A DNA stretch of 63,286 bases, taken from NCBI GenBank assembly GCA_028817795.1, contig JAPPOU010000057.1:775-64060 (forward strand), given 5' to 3'. Shown here in pieces: positions 38,890 through 47,501 of the stretch. The notes beneath the pieces are model-generated. The model had not been told where the DNA came from. It saw only the letters and a program-made list of their open reading frames with translations, and ran no database searches. The translations under genes and the position numbers were made by a program. The DNA comes from Alphaproteobacteria bacterium. GTDB taxonomy: Bacteria; Pseudomonadota; Alphaproteobacteria; Micavibrionales; UBA2020. The stretch's first letter is position 1; each line of letters starts with the position of its first letter.

Positions 38890-40001
38890 AAAAAAAGCGT
38901 GATGTTGAAATCAACAAGATCAAAACAGTCTTTGGTGAAAGCGCTGTTCCCGCGCCGGAAAAAATAAACGCTCCCATTGACGGGTGGCACAACACGTTTT
39001 TACACCGTTTAAGCGATTCTATTCATACGTCCGCTGCAGAAATACGCACTGCCGTTGAGATGGGGGCGGATGTGAATATCCAAAACAAATCCGGTGAAAC
39101 GCCCTTGATGCTGGCGATCAGCAAGGATAACGGGGATGTCGTGCGCGCGCTGTTGCAGCAGGGGGCCGATATTGTTGTGCCATCGGGCAAGAAAAACGAA
39201 CTGCCCTTTAATGCCGTTACGCAGGCGATTTGCGCCGGGAACGTGAAGATGCTGCAAATTGTGCTGGAAGAAGGTGGCGGCAGGTATGTCAATTACCAAG
39301 GCAATACGAAATGGCGTGAAGCGGATGGCATGTCAGGGGTAGCGCTGTTAGCGCGGGCCTATAAAACGCAAGGCATGCGTTTGGAAGAAGACAAGTATAT
39401 AAAAATGGCCCGCTTGCTTATTCAGGCAGGTGCATTTCTGGAAGGGGAGAGCGGGCCGAGTGATTTGACGCCGCTGATGCATGCCGCAACGGCGGGCAGT
39501 ACGGCGCTGGTGCACCTGATAATGGAATCGGGGGCTGATCTGAACTATCAGCATTCCAAAACGGGCCATACGATATTGCACCACATTGCGGATACGGAAT
39601 ATCATTTGATGGCAACGCCCTTAATTGCGCGTGGCGCACGTACGGATATTCGTGATCGCGAAGGCCGTTTACCGCTGCATATTGCGGCACGGGATGCCCG
39701 GTTATATATGATGAAGGCGTTGTTGCAACATAGCGCGGCAGATGTAAATGCGCGCGTTGTCGGCGGGCGTGAAGAAACGCCCCTGCATTTGGCGGCGCAG
39801 GCGAATAGCCTTATTTGCGCTGAAACCCTTCTTGAAAAAGGCGCCGATCCGGCGGCAACGGATTTGAGCGGCCATACGCCCAAGCAGCATGCCGACCCAA
39901 AGGCCGCTGTCTATGCCCCCCTTGCGCGGGCCGAGGATGCGGCGCTTCGCCGCCGTCATGATGAGGGGTATCACAAGGCGTATAAGCCGCCATCTCCGTG
40001 A
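38886..40001 (+). CDS. ankyrin-repeat protein
   Basis: ANK repeats (GETPLMLAISKDNGDVVRALLQQGAD, LTPLMHAATAGSTALVHLIMESGAD, ETPLHLAAQANSLICAETLLEKGADP). ATGA overlap with the upstream gene. Confidence 0.8.
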   Translation: MKKKRDVEINKIKTVFGESAVPAPEKINAPIDGWHNTFLHRLSDSIHTSAAEIRTAVEMGADVNIQNKSGETPLMLAISKDNGDVVRALLQQGADIVVPSGKKNELPFNAVTQAICAGNVKMLQIVLEEGGGRYVNYQGNTKWREADGMSGVALLARAYKTQGMRLEEDKYIKMARLLIQAGAFLEGESGPSDLTPLMHAATAGSTALVHLIMESGADLNYQHSKTGHTILHHIADTEYHLMATPLIARGARTDIRDREGRLPLHIAARDARLYMMKALLQHSAADVNARVVGGREETPLHLAAQANSLICAETLLEKGADPAATDLSGHTPKQHADPKAAVYAPLARAEDAALRRRHDEGYHKAYKPPSP

Positions 40002-40032
40002 AGTAAAATATGCATTGCAGAGAATAATGCGC

Positions 40033-40069
40033 AAAAAAAAGCCCCGCATAAATATTGCGGGGCTTTTTT
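40033..40069. terminator. bidirectional rho-independent terminator
   Basis: An A-run, gccccgc (40041-40047) pairing with gcggggc (40057-40063), then a T-run. Sits between the convergent ANK and Clp-like genes. Confidence 0.6.
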
Positions 40070-40091
40070 GCCGTCTACGGTTTCCCTTGCT

Positions 40092-42815
40092 TTAGAGGCT
40101 GGGGCCGTTTCTTCTTTTCTTTTGTTTCTTCTTGGCCGGTTGCGGCTTTGGCTTGTTCTCGTTGGCCGCAGGCTTGGTGGCTGGTGTTGCCGCTTTGACC
40201 TTTGGTGCAAAGCCTTTGTCGCTGTTATCAAGAACGATTTTAACTGTGCCGTGCTTTTCTTTCGCAGCTTCAACGGCAGCCTTGTTCTCGTCTTGCAAGA
40301 GCCATTTGCCAAGGGGATTTGCGATTTTCTCGCGGATGACCTTGCGCAGCGGGCGGGCGCCCATGGCGGGGTTATAACCGTCTTTGGCCAACTTGTCCTT
40401 CATGGCATCCGTCACTTCCAGTGAAACGCCGGACATGCCGGTTCCGGAGGCTTTGGACAGGCGGTCATTGACCTTGTCCACTTCGCGGTCAACCAGGTTG
40501 CGGATAACCTGCTGATCCAGCGGGACGAAGGTGACAAAGCCGCCAAGCTCTTCAATCCTGTTTATCATTTCAGGCTTGTTAAAGAACTTTTTGCGCGCTT
40601 TGGCGTAGTCTGCTTCAAGGTCGCGGGCCTGTGCGTCAGTATCCTTGCCTTCAAGGTTCGACAAGGCAGAGCCAAAGCCTGCGCCGCCGCCTTCCAGCGT
40701 TTTGGTGGCGTTGGCAGCACCCAGGTTCGTCGTCATCACGATGATGACGTTGTTGAACTGGACCGTCTTGCCTTGGTTGTCCGTCATTTTGCCGTCGTTC
40801 AACGGGGCCAAAAGGACGTTAAAGACATCAGGGTGCGCTTTTTCAATTTCATCCAGCAGCAGGATAGAATAGGGCCTGCGGCGGATTTTTTCGGTCAACG
40901 CGGGTTCGGCCGAATCAAAGCCGACATAGCCGGGAGGCGCCCCTGTCAGACGGGACACGGTGTGTTTCTCGCTATATTCCGCCATGTCGAGCTTAATCAG
41001 CGCATCTTCCGTGCCAAACAGGTGGCGGGCCAAAGCCTTGCAAAGCTCTGTCTTACCTGTACCTGTCGGGCCTTGCAGGACAAAACAGCCCCAGGGCTGG
41101 TTCGGATCCGTCAGGCCGCTGCGGGCACCGACGATGCCGTCGACAACCTGCTGGATACCGGGCTGGCCCAAAACTTCCTGCGGCAGCTTTTCTTCCATGA
41201 GGCGGAATTTCTCGCTGTCTTTTTTGGACAGGAAGTCTGCGGGCAGGTTGCTCATTTGCGCAACAGCGTCAATGACGTCTTGGCGGCTAATGACCGTTTC
41301 GTGACGGAAACGCGCCGATGCGGCCGCCATGTCGAGCACTTTTTCGCTCTTGCGGGGCTGGGCTTCGTTCGGGGCATAACGGTTGGTCATGTCGGTGATA
41401 TAGCCGAAATCGTCTTCGGTCAGGTCTTCTGTCAGGCCATGGTGCTCCTTAATCAGCGGCCATGCGCTGTGCAGGATCGCCAGTGTCGCGTCCCTGTCGG
41501 GCGGCAGCAGGGGCAGGCGTTCAAAACGGCTGGAGAGCGCGCCATCTTTTTCGATGTGCTTTTTGTACTCTTCGTCCGTGGTTGTACCCATCACAGAAAT
41601 GCCTTTGGCAGTCAGGAACGGCTTCATGATGTTGCCGGCATCCGTGCCGCCTTCGGCTTTGCCCGATGTGAGCTGCGAGTGGATTTCATCGATACCCAAA
41701 AGGATCTTGCGACCCTTCAGGTAGCCTTCGCGTTCTTTCAGGCCGTCGATCAGGGGCTTCAATTTTTCTTCAAACTGGCCACGGAATTTCGCGCCTGCGT
41801 TCATGGCCTGCAGGTCAAGCGACAGAACACGTGCGCCTTCCAGCGTTTCAGGAATGTTTTCGCCATTCACGATGCGCTGTGCAATGCCAGAGAACATGGC
41901 TGTTTTACCAACACCGGCTTCGCCCGTGAAGCACAGGCTTGCTTGCTTGCGGCGTGACAGGACTTTCAGGGCCTGATCCGTTTCAGCATCGCGGCCCACA
42001 ATGGGGTCCAGATTGCCAGCGGCGGCTTGGTCCGTTAAGTCTTCGCAGAACTGCTTGATAACGGATTCAATCGCCATGTCGGGCACGCGGTATTTCTTTT
42101 GCGGTTGCGTGCGGGTGCCGGCCTTGTTGAATGTTTTAGGCAGTTGTGGCTTATGGCCCGGTACAATCGGTGTATTGGGGCGCGGGCGTGGTGTCGTGTC
42201 CCCTCTTTTGGTAGGGCGGGGTTGTTGCTGGGGTTCAAACGGAACCGGCGGCTCGTTCAGCGCCTCAATATTCATGCGCGCAATGGCGGCGCGGCCAGAT
42301 GTATGCTGCGGCGGGAATGGCAGGTTGCCGATCACGTCTGAATCAATGCTGATGCGGCCTGCAGCGCTGCGGGCCACGCCGGGGTCATTGGCGTCGATTG
42401 TGTCGGTAAACGAAACGGGAAATTGGGAGACATCGATATCAACGTTCAGCACACGCGCAATGGAATCTGCCGTCAGGTTATAGTCAATGTTGATGTCGCC
42501 GTTGACCTTACTGCTAAAGGACATTTCGTATGTGACGGGCACACCCTTCAGGTTTTTGGGGGTGCCTGTGAAGTCTGTTTTGATCTGGAAAGCCATTGTG
42601 GTGTAACCAAAACCACCGCCCGGCAGCTTGCCGATTTCAGGCTGGTCCTCAAACGCAAAAATGGTGCTGTTGGGCTTCAGCGAGGGATTCGTTTCCGTTT
42701 CCGAAAAAGCGAGAATCTGTCGAGGCCTGCCATTGTCATAGCGTACAGCGTATTCGCGGTCGCCGTCAGCATCAACAAGATAAAGGTAGCCATGGTAGTT
42801 ATTATTATGTGCCAT
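40092..42815 (-). CDS. ClpA/ClpV-like double AAA+ ATPase with a non-canonical N-terminal domain
   Basis: D1: DPIVGRDAE, Walker A GEAGVGKT, Walker B LLGIDEIH. D2: Walker A GPTGTGKTE, Walker B ILLLDEIEKAHPDVFN, sensor MTTNLGA. No ClpB-type middle domain. The first 260 aa or so are unrelated to Clp_N. Lys-rich C-terminal tail. Confidence 0.9.
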   Translation of the reverse strand: MAHNNNYHGYLYLVDADGDREYAVRYDNGRPRQILAFSETETNPSLKPNSTIFAFEDQPEIGKLPGGGFGYTTMAFQIKTDFTGTPKNLKGVPVTYEMSFSSKVNGDINIDYNLTADSIARVLNVDIDVSQFPVSFTDTIDANDPGVARSAAGRISIDSDVIGNLPFPPQHTSGRAAIARMNIEALNEPPVPFEPQQQPRPTKRGDTTPRPRPNTPIVPGHKPQLPKTFNKAGTRTQPQKKYRVPDMAIESVIKQFCEDLTDQAAAGNLDPIVGRDAETDQALKVLSRRKQASLCFTGEAGVGKTAMFSGIAQRIVNGENIPETLEGARVLSLDLQAMNAGAKFRGQFEEKLKPLIDGLKEREGYLKGRKILLGIDEIHSQLTSGKAEGGTDAGNIMKPFLTAKGISVMGTTTDEEYKKHIEKDGALSSRFERLPLLPPDRDATLAILHSAWPLIKEHHGLTEDLTEDDFGYITDMTNRYAPNEAQPRKSEKVLDMAAASARFRHETVISRQDVIDAVAQMSNLPADFLSKKDSEKFRLMEEKLPQEVLGQPGIQQVVDGIVGARSGLTDPNQPWGCFVLQGPTGTGKTELCKALARHLFGTEDALIKLDMAEYSEKHTVSRLTGAPPGYVGFDSAEPALTEKIRRRPYSILLLDEIEKAHPDVFNVLLAPLNDGKMTDNQGKTVQFNNVIIVMTTNLGAANATKTLEGGGAGFGSALSNLEGKDTDAQARDLEADYAKARKKFFNKPEMINRIEELGGFVTFVPLDQQVIRNLVDREVDKVNDRLSKASGTGMSGVSLEVTDAMKDKLAKDGYNPAMGARPLRKVIREKIANPLGKWLLQDENKAAVEAAKEKHGTVKIVLDNSDKGFAPKVKAATPATKPAANENKPKPQPAKKKQKKRRNGPSL

Positions 42816-43049
42816 TTCTAAAGAATCTCCCTTTTACGGTGTCAAGTACGTTTACGTAAGGTAAAGAACCGTATAGGGGCGTGCAAGATAAAAATTGCTA
42901 TAAAAGGGAAAAACAGTACCGAAAAATACCCACTGAATATACATAATTAAAATATTGTTATGGATGTTTTAATGTTATGGCAATGTAGTAGCTGCTGCTG
43001 TCTGACGCATCTAATCTAGGTTCATTTATTTTTCGGATAGAATCACTTT

Positions 43050-43616
43050 TTACGCTTGGCTTGAAAGCGCTGTCAAAATTTTACTGTAGTGCAGGCCGGT
43101 AATCATTGTCCCGTTCACTTGTGCGTAAAAGGGGTTTTTGCCCCAGCAGGTGAACCCAGAGGCTTCAAATAACGTAATGGCACCGCGCTGCGTTTCGCGA
43201 ATATCCAAATGCAAAACCTGATACCCCATGGCTATGGCCAGTTTTTCGGCGGTGGCGACAAGCATCTGCCCGCAGCCCATGCGGCGGACGTGCGGCGCGA
43301 CGAACGTTGCGATCAGCGTGGCGGAAAAAGCCTGCGCTTCGTTGTGGCGGGTGGGTTCGACAAGCTGCGTTGCGCCACATACAGCGCCATCAACGCGAGA
43401 GATTAACAAGTGTCGTTCCGGCACGGCCAGCACGCCTTTCCAGTATCTTTCCAGCGTGTCGATGCCGGGGGATGTGACCCAGCCAAAACCGCCGCCGCCG
43501 TTAATGGTGGCTTCCGTGGCTTCGGCAAGATCGTGAAGGTCGTTGGACGACAGCGTATCGACAATATCGACGCTGACGTGTGGCAGGGCATTATTAAGTA
43601 GACGCATGGCTGTCAT
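43050..43616 (-). CDS. GNAT-family N-acetyltransferase
   Basis: Acetyl-CoA binding motif FVAPHVRRMGCGQMLV...AIAMGYQVLHLDI...AITLFEASGF. Confidence 0.8.
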   Translation of the reverse strand: MTAMRLLNNALPHVSVDIVDTLSSNDLHDLAEATEATINGGGGFGWVTSPGIDTLERYWKGVLAVPERHLLISRVDGAVCGATQLVEPTRHNEAQAFSATLIATFVAPHVRRMGCGQMLVATAEKLAIAMGYQVLHLDIRETQRGAITLFEASGFTCWGKNPFYAQVNGTMITGLHYSKILTALSSQA

Positions 43617-43702
43617 ACGGGACCGCTCCTTTGTCTTGTGAATAGTTTACCTTGAAACGGCCTGTATCACAGCAAAGAAATGTAAATAAAGTGTAAATGG
43701 AA

Positions 43703-44176
43703 TTATGGGCCGGACATGGGCGGGGGTGTTGTACGCTTTGATTCCTGCAGCAGGGCGCGGTCTACGTCTAAAAGAGCGTCGTTTTCAACCTCTGCCCCCA
43801 GATAGGGCGGCAGTTCGGTCATAATGAATGTTTCGATATCGCCGTTGTCTTGCGGGCCAACGCTGATCCAGAAATCATCCAGCGCTTCGCTTTCATAGGG
43901 CGTGTACTCATAGAAACCATAATCTGGCAGGGGTGCGAGGGGAGATAGCGTGTCTTCTGCCGGCATAAGCCACAAATCATCCGTCTGGTTGTCAAGGCTA
44001 AGGGTGTTATAGCCGGGGTCCGCATATTCGTAAGATGGCGCGATAGGCGTATTATCGGTGTGCGACTCATCATTGAATGTGGTGGACAGCGCGCCCCCTG
44101 TAACAAAGCTGAGCGCGGCAACGGCGGCGACAAAGGCTTTTCTGATGCGTGATTTTTTGGGCTTGCGCGATGACAT
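43703..44176 (-). CDS. hypothetical acidic exported or membrane-anchored protein
   Basis: Basic N-terminus plus hydrophobic segment (KAFVAAVAALSFVTGGAL). The rest is Asp/Glu/Tyr/Pro-rich. Confidence 0.55.
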   Translation of the reverse strand: MSSRKPKKSRIRKAFVAAVAALSFVTGGALSTTFNDESHTDNTPIAPSYEYADPGYNTLSLDNQTDDLWLMPAEDTLSPLAPLPDYGFYEYTPYESEALDDFWISVGPQDNGDIETFIMTELPPYLGAEVENDALLDVDRALLQESKRTTPPPMSGP

Positions 44177-44365
44177 GGTGTGGTCAGTCCTTCAATTTAG
44201 TGGAAATAAACAGAAGTCCAGACCATAGGGAAAAACCTGTCTTGCGTCAAATACAGAAGATAGGGCTGCTTGTTTACGTATTGTTTGGGCGTATTGCTGT
44301 GATGAAAAATTAATATTTGTTGTGCTATGTGTTAGAAGGCGTGAGGGCAAAAAGAGGATTGCGGT

Positions 44366-45253
44366 ATGGAAAAAAAGGTAACGGCGCTGATATGCGGTTT
44401 TGCAGCGATGTTGATGCTGGTCCTTCCGTGTCGTGCTGATGCCGCGCAGCTTCAGACATCGCAGAGCAAAGAGTCTGCCGTGCAGCGCGCGCGTAATCTT
44501 GACGTACCGCCCGGCCTGCGCCGTTTGGTCGGAGCAGGTGGCGATATTGAATATGCAGGGCAATACTATGGTCTGGATGCTTGGCGTATCATCGATAAAA
44601 ACAAAGAAGGGCCGCAGCGCGATAAATATGCTTACGTGACAAAAGAAGGCGGCATGCTGCTGGGTATTTTGACGCACCCTGACGGCACCGTTGTGACGGA
44701 TGTGAAACGGGCCGTGCATGGCAAAAATGTAGCGGGCCGTCAGGCAGCTTTACCCGGCGCAGCTTTTGCGCATTCGCAATCCGCGCGCACGGAAAAAGTC
44801 TATGCGCAGGTCGAAGCGGCGCATTGGGTGTCATTGGGGCAGCCGGATGCGCCTTATATTTACGCCTTTATTAATACGCATTGCGACCATTGCAAGGAGT
44901 ATTGGCGGGCGCTGGAAAACGCTGTCAGCCTTGGTCAATTGCAAGTGCGCCTTATTCCCTTTGGCCGCATGGGGCAGAACCGCCATGCAGGTGCCGCGCT
45001 TTTGGAGGCAAAAGATCCTTTGAAAGTGTGGTCTGATTTTGTGCGCGGCAATGAATCTGCATTGGCAGCGGTGCAGCCTTCGCAAAAATCATTGCAGAAC
45101 ATTGACCGGAACAGCGCTTTGTTCACGGATTGGAAGATTGCCAGTATTCCCTTTACGCTGTATCGCCGCCCGGCAGATGGGCGCATTTTGGCGGTGCAGG
45201 GCGTGCCGGACAATATTCTTGTGCTTTTGTCCGATTTGACGGGTAAGGGATAG
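44366..45253 (+). CDS. DsbC/TrbB-like periplasmic thiol-disulfide isomerase
   Basis: Signal peptide (MLMLVLPCRADA) and a thioredoxin-fold CxxC (NTHCDHCKEYW). Sits at the head of the T4BSS gene string. Confidence 0.7.
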   Translation: MEKKVTALICGFAAMLMLVLPCRADAAQLQTSQSKESAVQRARNLDVPPGLRRLVGAGGDIEYAGQYYGLDAWRIIDKNKEGPQRDKYAYVTKEGGMLLGILTHPDGTVVTDVKRAVHGKNVAGRQAALPGAAFAHSQSARTEKVYAQVEAAHWVSLGQPDAPYIYAFINTHCDHCKEYWRALENAVSLGQLQVRLIPFGRMGQNRHAGAALLEAKDPLKVWSDFVRGNESALAAVQPSQKSLQNIDRNSALFTDWKIASIPFTLYRRPADGRILAVQGVPDNILVLLSDLTGKG

Positions 45254-45263
45254 GAATAATCGC

Positions 45264-45719
45264 ATGATTTCAGCGCAAGCCCTTGCAGTATGTATTTTTA
45301 CGGCGGCGCAGACCTATGCCGTTCCTCCGTCCGTTCTTCTGGGGATTCTCAGCGTGGAGGGCGGCAGGCCCGGCCTTGCGGTGCGCAATACCAACGATAC
45401 GTATGATTTAGGCCCCATGCAGATCAATACGATATGGATTCCACAGTTGGCCCGGCATTGGCGGGTTAGCAAGGCCGAGGCCAAGCGTCTGGTGCGCGAC
45501 GAGCCTTGCGTGAACATTGGGGTGGGGGCCTGGATTTTGCGAACCAAGATCAATGACTCCGGCAGTTTGTATAACGGTATTGCGTGGTATCATTCCGCCA
45601 CGCCGCATATCGGGCAGCGCTATCGTAAAAAGGTTTTGGCCGCCATGAAAAAGTATCGGCAGGTGCGCCAGCCCAGTGATTTGCTGGCCGCCTATCCGCA
45701 GCCGCGCAAGCCCGGCTGA
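45264..45719 (+). CDS. lytic transglycosylase (SLT domain, VirB1/P19-like)
   Basis: LLGILSVEGG (catalytic Glu), YDLGPMQIN, and AWYHS-type motifs. Confidence 0.85.
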   Translation: MISAQALAVCIFTAAQTYAVPPSVLLGILSVEGGRPGLAVRNTNDTYDLGPMQINTIWIPQLARHWRVSKAEAKRLVRDEPCVNIGVGAWILRTKINDSGSLYNGIAWYHSATPHIGQRYRKKVLAAMKKYRQVRQPSDLLAAYPQPRKPG

Positions 45720-45829
45720 TCGTATGTTTCCAGATTATTTAAGCCGTCATCAGGGGCAACGGGGTTTAAACGCTTGATTCGCCCCCGGATAGCCCCTAGT
45801 ATCTGGTAAGACGATTTTCATCCGGGGGT

Positions 45830-46330
45830 ATGGATATTCTCATGAACAAAAAATCCTTGGCACTTGGCGTGATGCTGATTGCGGCGGTATCTGCCTGCGG
45901 TCCGATCACGAAACTGGACCAGCAGTTGGTGGCGGAACCTGATCCTGTGGCCCTGCGCCTTGCCAATGCGGTGGATCGCGCATCTGCCGCTTTGCAAACG
46001 CTGGCATCTGTTGAGCAAGCGCGTCATCCGGGCGTTGCTGTACAGGCTGTGCCCTATGCGCCGCAAGAATTGCGCCGGGCCGTGTCCGTGAAGTGGAATG
46101 GCCCCATTGAACCCATCACGCGCCGCATGGCGGATCGTGCGGGGTATCAAATGCATATCAATGGTGATGTGCCACCCGTGCCCGTTATTGTCAGCTTGCG
46201 TGCTGCTGAAAAATCAGTCGTCGAGGTGTTGCGCGATATTGGTTTGCAGGCCGGGCGTCGCGCCACGATTGCCGTCGACCCTGAGCGCCGCATTGTAGAG
46301 CTGAATTACGCACCCCTGTCAGGGGAGTAA
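45830..46330 (+). CDS. dotD: type IVB secretion lipoprotein DotD (TraH-like)
   Basis: Lipobox LIAAVSAC. The C-terminal domain VSVKWNGPIEPITRRMADRAGYQMHINGDVPPVPVIVSLRAAEKSVVEVLRDIGLQAGRRATIAVDPERRIVELNYA closely resembles my recollection of Legionella DotD. The start could be ATG 45842. Confidence 0.85.
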   Translation: MDILMNKKSLALGVMLIAAVSACGPITKLDQQLVAEPDPVALRLANAVDRASAALQTLASVEQARHPGVAVQAVPYAPQELRRAVSVKWNGPIEPITRRMADRAGYQMHINGDVPPVPVIVSLRAAEKSVVEVLRDIGLQAGRRATIAVDPERRIVELNYAPLSGE

Positions 46331-46334
46331 CTGA

Positions 46335-47501
46335 ATGACGTTGCCGCGATTGTCCTTTTTGTCTCTTTCGGCCCGCGCCGGTGTTGCAGTAGGCGTTGCG
46401 CTGTTGTTGTCAACGGCGCCGCAGGCCTGGGCGCAACAGAACGACTCTGCTTCGGTTGCGGCGCAGCAGCAGGCGCTGGCACAGATGCTGAGCGGTCAGG
46501 TGCCGCCGGCCCCGACGCTGTCAACAACGCGGGGACGTCAAGCACCAACGTCTTACTCCTTGCCCAAACTAACGGGCGGCGGATCGGGCGTGCTGACGCA
46601 AGATGAATTTGATATGGCGCTGGAGGACAGGGACAGCGCCCCCTCCAAAGCGTACAAGCTGTCACAGGAACGCAAGCGCCAGCGCGAGATCGAGCAACAC
46701 GGCAATAGCGACCTGCCCGAAGAAAACGAATATGACGCACCGCCGGGTCTTTTGGATTTGATGGTCATGGATCGTCATGAAGAATCTTTGGCGTTGGCCG
46801 ATGCGGCAGATGGCGACGCGCCGGATTCAGCATTGGACCTTAGGCGTGATGCGCAAAAAGAGGCGTCCTTGTCTTTTGGTGCGCGCGGCGGGTTGGCGCA
46901 TCGCAACTACGAGATCATGCAGCGCCTGCACGGGTTTGAAAACACGCTCGATAAAGTCTTTAATTTCCGCATGCTTTTGGTCAATACACCGTCAGGGCTG
47001 TTGATTGAGCCGCCGATTATCCGGGAGTCGCTTGATTCCATGGTGATTACGGCAGGCGGTAACGAAGCTGCTGTTGCGGACCGTGTGCTGGATATTAACA
47101 AGCAGGCAAAAATTGTATCCGCGCCGCGTGACTGGCGGGAATATTTGTTCCAGCCGTGGACATCCGAAGTGCCGCCACCGCCGCGCATTCTTTGGCCGGA
47201 AAATAATTTGGAGCGCGCACGCTGGAAAGACTGGGTCAAGCAAGGCTGGGAAGCTGGCGTGGCACAGGCAGATTCAATGTTCGAGGTTAACCTGAACAGG
47301 TTGACAGCGGATTATAACGGCATGGTGCGTTATCGCATGCTGTTGGCAGAGGGGATGGTGTCCCAACCCTATGCCATGCACGAGGATCGCGGGGTGACGG
47401 GCACAAAAACTGTCATGCGCGTTGGTGATCGCGCGCTCCGCATTACGGGACCGTCTCAATTTCTTGTAGAGTCTGATCTATGGAAGCCGGCAGACCGGTA
47501 A
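46335..47501 (+). CDS. dotC: type IVB secretion protein DotC (TraI-like)
   Basis: Signal peptide, then a C-terminal DotC-like core (FNFRMLLV...GLLIEPPII...RDWREYL...GW..G..QA). Lies between dotD and dotB. Confidence 0.75.
   Translation: MTLPRLSFLSLSARAGVAVGVALLLSTAPQAWAQQNDSASVAAQQQALAQMLSGQVPPAPTLSTTRGRQAPTSYSLPKLTGGGSGVLTQDEFDMALEDRDSAPSKAYKLSQERKRQREIEQHGNSDLPEENEYDAPPGLLDLMVMDRHEESLALADAADGDAPDSALDLRRDAQKEASLSFGARGGLAHRNYEIMQRLHGFENTLDKVFNFRMLLVNTPSGLLIEPPIIRESLDSMVITAGGNEAAVADRVLDINKQAKIVSAPRDWREYLFQPWTSEVPPPPRILWPENNLERARWKDWVKQGWEAGVAQADSMFEVNLNRLTADYNGMVRYRMLLAEGMVSQPYAMHEDRGVTGTKTVMRVGDRALRITGPSQFLVESDLWKPADR

Noticed and set aside
40773-41957. 394-aa plus-strand ORF.
   Set aside because: It is antisense to the AAA+ ATPase, whose Walker motifs fix the true frame and strand.
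44192-44719. 175-aa minus-strand ORF spanning the intergenic region and the 5' part of the DsbC-like gene.
   Set aside because: It overlaps a better-supported plus-strand gene with an RBS, signal peptide and CxxC. Its translation is low-complexity with no motifs.
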